Positions 9,520 to 19,021 of a DNA stretch of 46,212 nucleotides are shown piece after piece. The stretch's first letter is position 1. Every line of letters begins with the position of its first letter. The stretch is from Bacteroidota bacterium (GTDB lineage: Bacteria > Bacteroidota > Bacteroidia > CAILMK01): NCBI GenBank assembly GCA_026391915.1, contig JAPLCZ010000295.1:1-46212 (forward strand), read 5' to 3'. The notes under the pieces are model-generated. The model did not search any database. It was not told where the DNA came from and was given only the letters and a program-made list of their open reading frames with translations. The translations under genes were made by a program, and so were the position numbers.

Positions 9520-10341
9520 CTATTTCTCCCTTCCCTCAATCTCATTTTTGTAATCCCGCACCGCTTTAAAGATGGAGAGAGCAAGGGTCTCCTGTCCGGC
9601 CTCCGAACTCAGGAATTTCCTCTCAGTAGGGTTGCTGAGGAAGCCGGTTTCTATCAGGGTGCTGGGCATGGCGGTTTTCCAAAGCACCAGAAAACCAGCT
9701 TGCTTTACCCCACGGCTATAGCGTCCTGCATTTTTGCCCATAATGTTTTCCACCTTACCCGCAAAGCGGATGCTTTGGTCCATGTGCGCATCTTGGTATA
9801 AAGAAAAAATGATGTGCCCTTCAGGGGATTTGGGGTCAAAGCCATCGTATTTTTTGTTGTAATTATCTTCTAAAAGTATAACGCCATTTTCGCGTTTGGC
9901 AACCTCCAAGTTGCTTTCCGTTTTATGCAAACCCATGGTGTAGGTTTCTGTGCCACTGATGTTGGTTGTGGGGTTAGAGTTTACATGGATGGAAATAAAA
10001 ATATCCGATTTGTTTTTATTGGCAAGGTCGGCGCGTTCCCACAGCTCCACAAAGCTATCATCAGTGCGTGTGTATATTACTTTTACGTCATCCAGATTAT
10101 CCTTTATAGCTTTGCCGAGTTTTAACGCAATGCCCAAAGTAATATCCTTCTCTCTTTTTCCTGCAAACTGGCAACCGGGGTCATACCCGCCATGCCCCGC
10201 ATCAATAGTGATAATGTGTACCCCACTTTTGCGCTTTTTGTTCGTCTTGTCTGTAGTGAAGGAAGTAAACACCACTACAATTGCCATCAATACCCCTAGG
10301 CGCATGGTTTTTGAAACCGCAGCGGTAGGTATTTTATCCAT
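9520..10341 (-). CDS. N-acetylmuramoyl-L-alanine amidase (Amidase_3)
   Basis: IDAGHGG.D.G, EK, FISIH.N and L.ETGF.SN motifs. The start is uncertain (10368, 10341 or 10305); the ORF-track start 10584 overlaps lptD. Confidence 0.92.
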   Translation of the reverse strand: MDKIPTAAVSKTMRLGVLMAIVVVFTSFTTDKTNKKRKSGVHIITIDAGHGGYDPGCQFAGKREKDITLGIALKLGKAIKDNLDDVKVIYTRTDDSFVELWERADLANKNKSDIFISIHVNSNPTTNISGTETYTMGLHKTESNLEVAKRENGVILLEDNYNKKYDGFDPKSPEGHIIFSLYQDAHMDQSIRFAGKVENIMGKNAGRYSRGVKQAGFLVLWKTAMPSTLIETGFLSNPTERKFLSSEAGQETLALSIFKAVRDYKNEIEGREK

Positions 10342-10378
10342 CAAATTCATCACTGCAAAATAACGCATAGTTTTAAGA

Positions 10379-12985
10379 ATGTTTCCTAAGCCAGTTGTCA
10401 AAAGCTTTTTGCGGTTAGTATCTTTTACTTTATTGTTGATAATAGTAGGTTTGGTGAAAGGATTTTCGCAAGGCGAAACTAAAAAAGCAGTTACCAAAGA
10501 TTCTACCAAAAAGACTGTGGATACTATTGCCATTAGCAAATCAGGCTTGCAGGCAGAGGTAAAATACAGCGCTAAGGACTCCATTATTTATGCTATTGAG
10601 GAGAAGAAAGTTTACCTCTATGGCGCTGCAAAAATCCATTATCAGGATATTGATATGCTTGCCGATTATGTAGTGATAAACTGGGCAACCAATGAGCTAA
10701 CCGCAGAGGGGAGGAAGGACTCAACGGGTAAAATAAAAGGCACGCCTGTTTTTACAGAGAAGGGGCAATCCTACAAAGCCAATAAGATGGCATATAACTT
10801 CAAATCTAAAAAAGGTAAGGTGATGGATTTGCACACCGCAGAGGGGGAAGGATTCATCATTGTAACCAAGGGGAAATACTTTAAAGAAGAAGACTCGGGG
10901 GAGAATATTATCTACGCCAGAGATGCTAAATACACCACCTGCAACCTTGATAGCCCACATTTTTACATTCAGGCAGCTAAACTTAAACTCATCCCTAAGG
11001 ATAAAATAATCACGGGCTCTGCCATTATGTATATACAAGATGTGCCTATGCCTTTGCTGCTGCCGTTTGGGTTCTTCCCTGCAAAAAGCAGGAGGAGTTC
11101 GGGGCTCATTATTCCCGCTTATGGTGAGGATGCCAATAGGGGTGGTTTCTTCTTGCGCAACGGCGGTTATTATTTCGGGTTGAATGATTATTACGACCTT
11201 AAACTCACGGGAGATATTTACGCCAATGGCGGATGGGGTGCTAATGCCACTACTAATTACGCAAAGATGTATAGGTTCAGGGGGAGTTTGAGTCTCTCCT
11301 ACTCCAACCAAATTATTGGGCTAGAGGATGTACTAAGTACAGATAGCAGGGCAGTGCAAAAATCGCAATTATACAATATAAGCTGGAGCCATAGTCAGGA
11401 TGGTAAAGCTCACCCGGGGAGTAGTTTCTCTGCCAGTGTAAATGCAGGGAGTTCAAAATATCAGCGCAATAATTCATTGGATTATACCAAGAGGTTGGAG
11501 AGCAGTATGAACTCAAATATCTCCTACAACAAAACTTTTATAGGTACTCCTTTCTCTTTGAACTCAGCCCTGAGTCATAGCCAGAATACACAAACAGGAG
11601 ATGTGTCCCTCACCTTGCCGCAGGTGAATCTGAATATGCAACGTATCTTCCCTTTCCAAACAAAGAATTCTCTCAACAATAATACATGGTTTAAAAAGAT
11701 TGGCTTTAGCTGGAACTCATCTTTCCAAAATACTGTGAATGCAAAAGAGAATAAACTTTTTGTGGATGGCAAACCCAATGACTCTGTAATTAAAGAAATG
11801 CGCAATGGTGTTAAGCATAGTTTGCCTATCAGCACCAATATCCAAATACTGAAATACTTTAACCTGAGCCCGGGTTTTAACTATAATGGTTATCTTTATT
11901 TCCGCAGAGATATTCAAAATTGGGATGCTGCAAACAAGAAGATTATCTACACCCCTCAACGCGGGATTTTCTACGCAAATGATTACTCCACTTCTGCCAA
12001 CCTTAGCACGGTGGCTTATGGTACTTACCGCATTAATACAGGGAATTTTATGGCAGTGCGCCACACTGTTACCCCCAATGTAAACTTCCGTTATACTCCT
12101 GATTTCAGCACTACACAATATAATTATTACAACACGGTGCAGTACGATACTTTGGGGCATACCAGGAAGTATTCTTATTACGAAAAAGGAATTTATGGAG
12201 GGCCGGGGCAGGGCAAATTTGGCGGGATAGATTTTAGCCTAGGCAATGTACTTGAGCTAAAGATGAAGAGTGCTAAGGATACCGTAACCCATACCAAAAA
12301 GGTTAAGTTACTTGATGGGTTTAACATCAGCAGCAGTTATAATTTCTTGAAGGATACGCTGAAGTTTTCTAACTTTAATATTAGCGCTTACACCACATTG
12401 TTTAATAATATAAACGTAAATGCCAATTGCAATATTGACCCCTACAAAGCCAATAATATTAATGGACAGGATTACAATAAATTTATCCTTGAGGATAAAC
12501 AAAGCCTTGGGAGGATTACCTCCGCCAGCCTAACCACAAGTGCTGGCTTAAACCCCGCTGCTAACAAAAAGGAGAAGGAGATGTCAAAATATATTGACCC
12601 CCGCATCCGCTACTTTTACCCGGGCACTTATGTGGATTATACCATCCCTTGGAATTTAAGTTTGAACTATAGCCTTAACTACAATAGTTCGTTTTCATTT
12701 ATTGATAAAAAGAATATTGGCGCTATCAACCAAACTGTAAGTATGAGTGGGGCAGTGCAACTAACTCCCTATTGGAAGATTGATTTCCGTGGGGGTTATG
12801 ACATTAAAAATAAATCCTTTACTGCCCCCGAAGTTAAAGTTTACCGTGACCTCCATTGTTGGGAGATGCGCTTTACTTGGGTGCCCTTTGGAGCCTTTAA
12901 AAGCTACCTATTTACCGTACAAATCAAAGCACCAAGCCTGCATGATTTGAAGTATGATAAAAAGAAGGACAATAGAACGTATTAG
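10379..12985 (+). CDS. lptD: Putative LPS-assembly outer-membrane protein LptD (Bacteroidota type)
   Basis: Y.A.DS, LYG.A.I.Y, YTTC...PHF, G..L..GGYY and C-terminal RDLHCW motifs. Aromatic-rich beta-barrel. Confidence 0.88.
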   Translation: MFPKPVVKSFLRLVSFTLLLIIVGLVKGFSQGETKKAVTKDSTKKTVDTIAISKSGLQAEVKYSAKDSIIYAIEEKKVYLYGAAKIHYQDIDMLADYVVINWATNELTAEGRKDSTGKIKGTPVFTEKGQSYKANKMAYNFKSKKGKVMDLHTAEGEGFIIVTKGKYFKEEDSGENIIYARDAKYTTCNLDSPHFYIQAAKLKLIPKDKIITGSAIMYIQDVPMPLLLPFGFFPAKSRRSSGLIIPAYGEDANRGGFFLRNGGYYFGLNDYYDLKLTGDIYANGGWGANATTNYAKMYRFRGSLSLSYSNQIIGLEDVLSTDSRAVQKSQLYNISWSHSQDGKAHPGSSFSASVNAGSSKYQRNNSLDYTKRLESSMNSNISYNKTFIGTPFSLNSALSHSQNTQTGDVSLTLPQVNLNMQRIFPFQTKNSLNNNTWFKKIGFSWNSSFQNTVNAKENKLFVDGKPNDSVIKEMRNGVKHSLPISTNIQILKYFNLSPGFNYNGYLYFRRDIQNWDAANKKIIYTPQRGIFYANDYSTSANLSTVAYGTYRINTGNFMAVRHTVTPNVNFRYTPDFSTTQYNYYNTVQYDTLGHTRKYSYYEKGIYGGPGQGKFGGIDFSLGNVLELKMKSAKDTVTHTKKVKLLDGFNISSSYNFLKDTLKFSNFNISAYTTLFNNINVNANCNIDPYKANNINGQDYNKFILEDKQSLGRITSASLTTSAGLNPAANKKEKEMSKYIDPRIRYFYPGTYVDYTIPWNLSLNYSLNYNSSFSFIDKKNIGAINQTVSMSGAVQLTPYWKIDFRGGYDIKNKSFTAPEVKVYRDLHCWEMRFTWVPFGAFKSYLFTVQIKAPSLHDLKYDKKKDNRTY

Positions 12986-12992
12986 GAATTGA

Positions 12993-13019
12993 ATTGACAA
13001 CTTTTTTAAAGTTGTCAAT
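12993..13019. repeat. Perfect 12-bp inverted repeat ATTGACAACTTT-TTT-AAAGTTGTCAAT (terminator or REP-like)
   Basis: Lies directly after the lptD stop and before the mlaD -7 element TAACTTTG (13030-13037). Confidence 0.7.
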
Positions 13020-13062
13020 CTTGCACCGCTAACTTTGCACAATAGTTTTTATAAATAACAAA

Positions 13063-14055
13063 GTGAAATTATCCAATGAGTTTAAGGTAGGTGTATTGGC
13101 GGTTTGCGCCCTTTTCATCCTAATAGTAGGCGTTAATTATTTAAAGGGCAATGAGATTTTTGCCCGCAATATCACTCTTTATGCAGAATATCCCAACGTG
13201 GATGGGCTTGCCCCCTCCAATGCTGTTACCCTTTTTGGTTTGCAGGTAGGGCAGGTAGATAAACTCATCCTTATTGACCATAACAAAAATAAAATCTTGG
13301 TAAAATTCCACATCAAACACGGTATAGAATTACCTAAGAATTCTGTGGCAAGAATCATGAGTTCAGGTTTACTTGGTGGCAAAGAATTGCTTTTAGCCCA
13401 AGGTGCAGGTTCGGAATTTGTGCAGAATGATGATACCCTCAGAGGCGAATTAGAACTTAGCCTTACTGCATCTATAAACAGTGTAGTTTCCCCCGTAAAA
13501 GCTAAAATAGAAAAGCTCATTACCAGTATTGATACCATAGTTGTTTCCCTCAATCAGGTATTTGATAACAATACAAAATCAAACCTAAGGAGTAGTGTTT
13601 CTTCTGTAAAGCAATCCTTAGAAAACATTAAAGCAACTACTGAAACTTTAAACACCTTCACCAAAAATGAAACGGCAAGGTTGCACTCTATTGTTACCAA
13701 CATAGAGTCCATTGCCAATAACATAAAAAACAACAACGCCGCCATCACTAAAATCATGAATAACCTTTCCGATTTTAGTGACTCTTTAAAAGCCTCCAAC
13801 ATAAAATCCACCATGCTGCAAGTGAATTCTTCCATTACTGAAATTAATTCTGTACTGGCAAAAGTAGAGAAAGGAGAAGGTAGCCTTGGCATGTTGCTGC
13901 ATGATGAAAACCTCTACAAAAATCTTAAAAACGCAAGTGGCAGCTTGGATGCATTGATTATTGATATGAAAGCACACCCAAGCCGCTATGTGCATTTCTC
14001 AGTATTTGGCAAAAAAGACAAAGGCGAAAAGAAGACCTTGGAGGTGCCTAAGTAA
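13063..14055 (+). CDS. MlaD/MCE family protein
   Basis: E.KVG, GL...N.V...G..VG.V and GLLG.K motifs, long helical region, G.GSLG.L..D..LY and P.RYVHFS tail. Confidence 0.92.
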   Translation: MKLSNEFKVGVLAVCALFILIVGVNYLKGNEIFARNITLYAEYPNVDGLAPSNAVTLFGLQVGQVDKLILIDHNKNKILVKFHIKHGIELPKNSVARIMSSGLLGGKELLLAQGAGSEFVQNDDTLRGELELSLTASINSVVSPVKAKIEKLITSIDTIVVSLNQVFDNNTKSNLRSSVSSVKQSLENIKATTETLNTFTKNETARLHSIVTNIESIANNIKNNNAAITKIMNNLSDFSDSLKASNIKSTMLQVNSSITEINSVLAKVEKGEGSLGMLLHDENLYKNLKNASGSLDALIIDMKAHPSRYVHFSVFGKKDKGEKKTLEVPK

Positions 14056-14125
14056 AATAGCCAAATTTTATTTGTAATTTTAAGTAAAAAGCCGCACCTT
14101 TGCCCTCTCAAACCAAATTTTAATC

Positions 14126-14368
14126 ATGTCACGTATTTGTCAATTAACAGGTTTAAAGCCAATCACAGGGCACAGGGTTTCTCACTCTAATGTGAAAACC
14201 AACCGTTGGTTTTTCCCTAATCTTCAGGAGAAAAATTATTACATCCCTGAGCTAGACCAATGGGTTCATATCAAGCTTTCCACCTCTGCTATGCGCACTA
14301 TTAATAAAAAGGGATTGCTTACTTACATCCGCGAAATAGAAAAAAAAGAAGGCATTAAACTTATATAA
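14126..14368 (+). CDS. rpmB: 50S ribosomal protein L28
   Basis: MSRICQLTG...G..VSHS..KT.R.F.PNL. Confidence 0.97.
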   Translation: MSRICQLTGLKPITGHRVSHSNVKTNRWFFPNLQEKNYYIPELDQWVHIKLSTSAMRTINKKGLLTYIREIEKKEGIKLI

Positions 14369-14371
14369 ATC

Positions 14372-14554
14372 ATGGCAAAGAAAGGCGCAAGAATACAAGT
14401 GATATTAGAGTGTACTGAGCACAAAGAAAGTGGCAGACCCGGCACAAGCCGCTACATCACTACCAAAAATAAAAAGAACACTACTGAGAGGCTAGAGATT
14501 AAAAAATACAATCCTATCCTCCGCAAAATGACTGTTCATAAAGAAATTAAATAA
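14372..14554 (+). CDS. rpmG: 50S ribosomal protein L33
   Basis: [11 protein letters not shown]...[21 protein letters not shown]. Confidence 0.97.
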   Translation: MAKKGARIQVILECTEHKESGRPGTSRYITTKNKKNTTERLEIKKYNPILRKMTVHKEIK

Positions 14555-14585
14555 TTTTAATCACCTAATATAAACTTATAAAGCA

Positions 14586-14738
14586 ATGGCAAAGAAGGTA
14601 GTTGCAACACTAAGAAAAGCGAAAGACCAAGTGAAATTAATTCGCGCTGTTAAATCGGCTAAATCAGGTCATTATTCATTCCGCGAAGAGATGGTACCCA
14701 AAGACCAGATTGAAGAGGTACTAAAAAAGAAATTGTAA
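14586..14738 (+). CDS. DUF4295 family small protein (50 aa, not in the ORF track)
   Basis: Manual translation MAKKVVATLRKAKDQVKLIRAVKSAKSGHYSFREEMVPKDQIEEVLKKKL, at the usual Bacteroidota position between rpmG and ftsY. Confidence 0.88.
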   Translation: MAKKVVATLRKAKDQVKLIRAVKSAKSGHYSFREEMVPKDQIEEVLKKKL

Positions 14739-14762
14739 TTTTTTTTAATGTTTGTATAACAT

Positions 14763-14796
14763 AAGCTTCCTTCCATTAACAGAGGGGAGCTTTTTT
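14763..14796 (+). terminator. Intrinsic terminator after the ribosomal protein cluster
   Basis: AAGCTTCCTT...GAGGGGAGCTT stem (with G-U pairs) followed by a T-tract. Confidence 0.6.
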
Positions 14797-14812
14797 ATTT
14801 AATACCAATACT

Positions 14813-15796
14813 GTGGGCGTTTTTGATTTTTTTAAAAAGAATAAGAAAACAGAGGAAGCAAGCCCTTCCGCTGAACACACTGCCTATGAGCAGGGTTTAG
14901 AGAAAACTAAAACCAATTTCTTCTCTAAACTGGGAAAAGCCTTAGTGGGTAAATCTACTGTAGATGCTGATTTTCTGGATGAGTTGGAAGAAATATTAGT
15001 AGGCGCTGATGTTGGGATTGATACCACCGTTAAAATTATCAACCGTCTGGAGGTACGCATAGCCCGTGATAAATACCTTAATTCAAACGAACTGAATAGT
15101 ATTTTGCAGGAGGAGATTATTGCCCTGCTTGATGAAAACGGCAATAATAATATTGGTGATTTTAACCTCACTGGCAAACCAAGCCCCTATGTAATTATGG
15201 TGGTTGGGGTAAATGGTGTGGGCAAAACCACCACTATTGGCAAGCTTGCGCATCAGTTTACTAAGCACGGCAAATCTGTAATGCTGGGCGCCGCAGATAC
15301 TTTTAGGGCAGCAGCCGTTGACCAACTTACCATCTGGAGTGAACGTGTTGGCGTGCCCATAATCTCACGCGGCATGGGTGCTGACCCTGCTTCGGTGGCT
15401 TATGATGCGGTGCAATCTGCACAGGCAAAGGGTGCTGATGTTGTGATTATTGATACGGCAGGCAGGCTTCATAATAAGATAGGGTTGATGAATGAGCTCT
15501 CTAAAATACGGGCTGTGATGAGCAAGGTAATACCTGATGCGCCACACGAAGTATTGCTGGTTTTGGATGCCTCTACAGGGCAAAATGCTATTGAGCAAGC
15601 CAAACAATTTACCGCTGCCACACAGGTAAATGCCCTTGCCCTGACCAAGCTAGACGGCACTGCCAAAGGTGGTGTGGTGATAGGCATTAGTGATATATTT
15701 AAAATCCCGGTAAAATATATTGGCCTTGGCGAAAAGATGGAAGACCTAAAACTCTTTAACCAAAAGGAGTTTATTGAAACGCTGTTTGAGGGATAA
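14813..15796 (+). CDS. ftsY: Signal recognition particle receptor FtsY
   Basis: GVNGVGKTTT, DTFRAAA, DTAGR and TKLDGTAKGG motifs. Confidence 0.98.
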   Translation: MGVFDFFKKNKKTEEASPSAEHTAYEQGLEKTKTNFFSKLGKALVGKSTVDADFLDELEEILVGADVGIDTTVKIINRLEVRIARDKYLNSNELNSILQEEIIALLDENGNNNIGDFNLTGKPSPYVIMVVGVNGVGKTTTIGKLAHQFTKHGKSVMLGAADTFRAAAVDQLTIWSERVGVPIISRGMGADPASVAYDAVQSAQAKGADVVIIDTAGRLHNKIGLMNELSKIRAVMSKVIPDAPHEVLLVLDASTGQNAIEQAKQFTAATQVNALALTKLDGTAKGGVVIGISDIFKIPVKYIGLGEKMEDLKLFNQKEFIETLFEG

Positions 15797-15957
15797 GGAG
15801 GTAGTTATTTTCTGTGATACGATTTAGGAGAAATCTTATTATCTCCCCTTTTCCACATTTCCACATGCTGTAATCCATAGGGTTTGGCATTGCCGCCAAA
15901 GTGAGGGCGTAATTTTGGCAGATAAAATAATATCTAACAATACTGCGTTATTACAGC

Positions 15958-18900
15958 ATGAATAAAATAATCCCATTTATCAATAAAAAATATAGGCTTA
16001 GGCAGTTGAAGTTTCTACTGCTTTTTGCGCTACTCCTCCCCTACTCCACTTATGCGCAGCGCACCCAAGATGATGTGCATTCTATTGCCCTCTACAAAAA
16101 AGGGAAAGAGCTTTTTGATGCAAAGCAATTTGCTTCTGCACAAAAGGTTTTTATGGAGTTCAGCAAGCTAAGTGATGACTATAATCTGCGTGGTGAGGCG
16201 GGATATTATATTGCCCTCAGTAGCCTTGAACTCACGCAGGCAGATGCGGAATTAACCCTTACACAGTATGCAGATAAATACCGTGAACACCCACGGGCAC
16301 GCACTATTTTGTATTATTTGGGGAGGTTCCAATACCGCAACAGGGAGTTTGCAAAAGCCATTGCCACATTAGAGAATGTGGATGCCTATGACCTCACAGG
16401 CGCAGAGAGAAGTGAGCATGCTTTTATGCTTGGCTATAGTTATTACAAAACTAATAATCTGCAAAAGGCATCTACTTATTTTGGCAAGATAAAAGACAAT
16501 GCTGATGACAACGGATACACCGCTGCCTACTATGTTGGCTACATTGCTTACCAAAAAAAGAAGTACAGCGAAACGCTGAAAGAGTTTACCAAAATAAAAA
16601 ATGTAGCAAAATTTAAAGCTACTGTTCCCGGGTATATTTCTCAGATTTATTTGATGCAGGGTGATTATGATAAAACCATAGAGTTTGGCAAACAGGCGCT
16701 GGAAAATGCAGAAAGCAAAGGCGCTAATGAGGTGAGTCTCTTTTTGGCAGAGGCCTATTTTTTAAAGAAAGATTGCCCCAACGCCAGCCAATACTATAAC
16801 CAATATGTGGAGGCAGGTGGGGCTTTGCCTGACCATCACCTTTATCAATTAGGCTATTGTTTGTATCAGCAAGAAAAATATAAAGAGGCGCTGGATGCGT
16901 TTTCTGCCATCAATATTAAGGATGATAGCCTTGGGCAAAACATTGCTTTTCATCTTGCCAATTGCTACCAAAAAACGGGTAATGAAAACAAAGCCCGCAG
17001 CAGTTATGAGTTTTGCATGAAGAGGAGTTTCAATAAAAATATTAAAGAGATTTCACTTTTCAATTTTGCAAAACTGAGCTACAAACTCAACTTTGATAAG
17101 GAGGCAATAGAGAGTTTTAAAACCTTTATAAAAACTTACCCGGGTACTAAAAGCACTGCTGAGGCAAAGACTCTTTTAAGCCAGATTTTATTAGCGGCCA
17201 ATAACCCTAAAGAGGCAATGGATGTGTTGGAAACTATCCCAGACCGCAACGAAAAACTGGATGAGGCTTACCAAAAAGTTTGCTACTTGTATGGGATGGA
17301 ATTATATTCTTCTAAAATGCAGGAGGAGGCAATTCCATATCTAAAAAAGAGTCTTGAATTCCCTTATGACCGCCGCATAAAAGCGCTATGTAATTTCTGG
17401 ATTGGGGAGTATGGTTATAAGCTGGCTAGGTATGATGACGCCATCACCCGCTTTAAGAATTTTTTGTTTGTGAGTGAATCCTCAGAGACGCCTTTTGCTA
17501 ATATTGCCAACTATAATATTGCTTATTCCTACTTTAAAAAAGAGGATTATAAATATGCTTTAATTTATTTTAAGAAGTTTATAAAGGCTGAGAAAAGGGA
17601 TGATAATTCCCCTCGCCTAACCGATGCGCAACTGCGCGCAGGGGATTGTAATTTCATTAGAAAAGATTATAAAGATGCGCTGAATAATTACCAGGTTGTG
17701 ATTGATGACAACGCCAACGAAGGTGATTATGCCATGTATCAAAAAGGAATTATCCAAGGGCTTTTAAGGATGCCAACAGATAAGATTGCAACCATGAGGA
17801 GCCTCGCTAAAAAATACCCAAGCTCTGCTTATCTGGATGATGCATTATTTACCGTTGGTGAGGAGTTGAAGAAAAAAGGTGACTATGCTGATGCCATACA
17901 AGCATTCAATTATCTCAACCAAAATTATCCTAAAAATCCATACTACAGATTGGCAATGCTTAATGTAGGGTTGATTTATTTTAATCAGGAAAAAGATGAT
18001 AAGGCAGTGGCAGTTTGCAGAACTATCATTCAAAAATACCCCTATTCTGATGAAGCAAAACAGGCACTTAAAACTATTGAAAACTCTTACATAGAACGCG
18101 GCATGACGGACAGCTTGCAAGAGTTTTATAAGGTGCTGCCTAACTCCAGCCTCACCCAAAGTAAGGTGGATTCTTCACTGTATTCTTCTGCTTATAACAA
18201 CGTAAGAAGCAATGATTGCGATGCTGCTATTAAGTCTTTAAAAATATATCTGGATAAATTCCCCAATGGGTATTCTGCGGTGGAGGCAAGCTATTATATG
18301 GCAGAGTGTGGGGTAAAAACTAAGGATACCAATACGGCATTCCGTGGGTATAATTATGTAATTGCAAAAAGCCCAAACCAATATGTTGAAAGGGCATTGG
18401 TGAAATCTGCAGAGATGCTTTTCCTGCGCAAAGATTACCAAACAGCAAACAGCCGTTACCAACAATTAGAGGACTTAGCTACCCTAAAACAAAACTCATT
18501 GCTGGCGCTTAATGGGCAGTTACGTTCTTATTATTTTTTAAAGAATTATGAGAAGAGTATTGAGCTCTCTAACAAAATACTGAACACCGGTTTTGCTGAT
18601 GAAGAGAGTAAACTTGGGGCGCAATTTATTGCGGCAAAAAGCCATCTGGAACTTAACCAACTTGCGCAGGCATTAGCACTATTTACACAGGTGCAGAAGG
18701 CAAGCAAAAACCAAATTGGTGCAGAGGCTTTGTATGAATGTGCACACATAAATTATATGCAAGAGAAGTACACTGAGGCAGAAGATATGGTGATGAAAAT
18801 AAAGGATAACTACAGCAGCTATGATGATTGGAGGGCGAAGGGTTTTATACTGTTGGCAGATATTTACACCAAGAAAGGCGATGTATTTAACGCCAAAAAT

Positions 18901-19020
18901 ATCCTGCAAAGTATCATAGATAATTATGATGATGAAGGCCTGAAAGCCATAGCGAAACAAAAGCTAGAGGTATTGAAATCCACAGAAAAAAAGACAGACA
19001 AAAAAGAGGAGGAAGAATAA
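15958..19020 (+). CDS. Large exported tetratricopeptide-repeat protein
   Basis: Signal peptide (..STYA|Q) followed by continuous TPR-like repeats over about 1000 aa. Confidence 0.9.
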   Translation: MNKIIPFINKKYRLRQLKFLLLFALLLPYSTYAQRTQDDVHSIALYKKGKELFDAKQFASAQKVFMEFSKLSDDYNLRGEAGYYIALSSLELTQADAELTLTQYADKYREHPRARTILYYLGRFQYRNREFAKAIATLENVDAYDLTGAERSEHAFMLGYSYYKTNNLQKASTYFGKIKDNADDNGYTAAYYVGYIAYQKKKYSETLKEFTKIKNVAKFKATVPGYISQIYLMQGDYDKTIEFGKQALENAESKGANEVSLFLAEAYFLKKDCPNASQYYNQYVEAGGALPDHHLYQLGYCLYQQEKYKEALDAFSAINIKDDSLGQNIAFHLANCYQKTGNENKARSSYEFCMKRSFNKNIKEISLFNFAKLSYKLNFDKEAIESFKTFIKTYPGTKSTAEAKTLLSQILLAANNPKEAMDVLETIPDRNEKLDEAYQKVCYLYGMELYSSKMQEEAIPYLKKSLEFPYDRRIKALCNFWIGEYGYKLARYDDAITRFKNFLFVSESSETPFANIANYNIAYSYFKKEDYKYALIYFKKFIKAEKRDDNSPRLTDAQLRAGDCNFIRKDYKDALNNYQVVIDDNANEGDYAMYQKGIIQGLLRMPTDKIATMRSLAKKYPSSAYLDDALFTVGEELKKKGDYADAIQAFNYLNQNYPKNPYYRLAMLNVGLIYFNQEKDDKAVAVCRTIIQKYPYSDEAKQALKTIENSYIERGMTDSLQEFYKVLPNSSLTQSKVDSSLYSSAYNNVRSNDCDAAIKSLKIYLDKFPNGYSAVEASYYMAECGVKTKDTNTAFRGYNYVIAKSPNQYVERALVKSAEMLFLRKDYQTANSRYQQLEDLATLKQNSLLALNGQLRSYYFLKNYEKSIELSNKILNTGFADEESKLGAQFIAAKSHLELNQLAQALALFTQVQKASKNQIGAEALYECAHINYMQEKYTEAEDMVMKIKDNYSSYDDWRAKGFILLADIYTKKGDVFNAKNILQSIIDNYDDEGLKAIAKQKLEVLKSTEKKTDKKEEEE

Positions 19021-19021
19021 T

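Noticed and set aside
10369-10584. Long amidase/lptD antisense overlap
   Set aside because: Artefact of the longest-ORF start; the amidase signal-like segment begins downstream of 10368.
15849-15865. DnaA-box-like TTTTCCACA pair suggesting oriC
   Set aside because: Only one consensus match plus one overlapping near-match, with no box cluster. Better explained as a TTCCACAT duplication.
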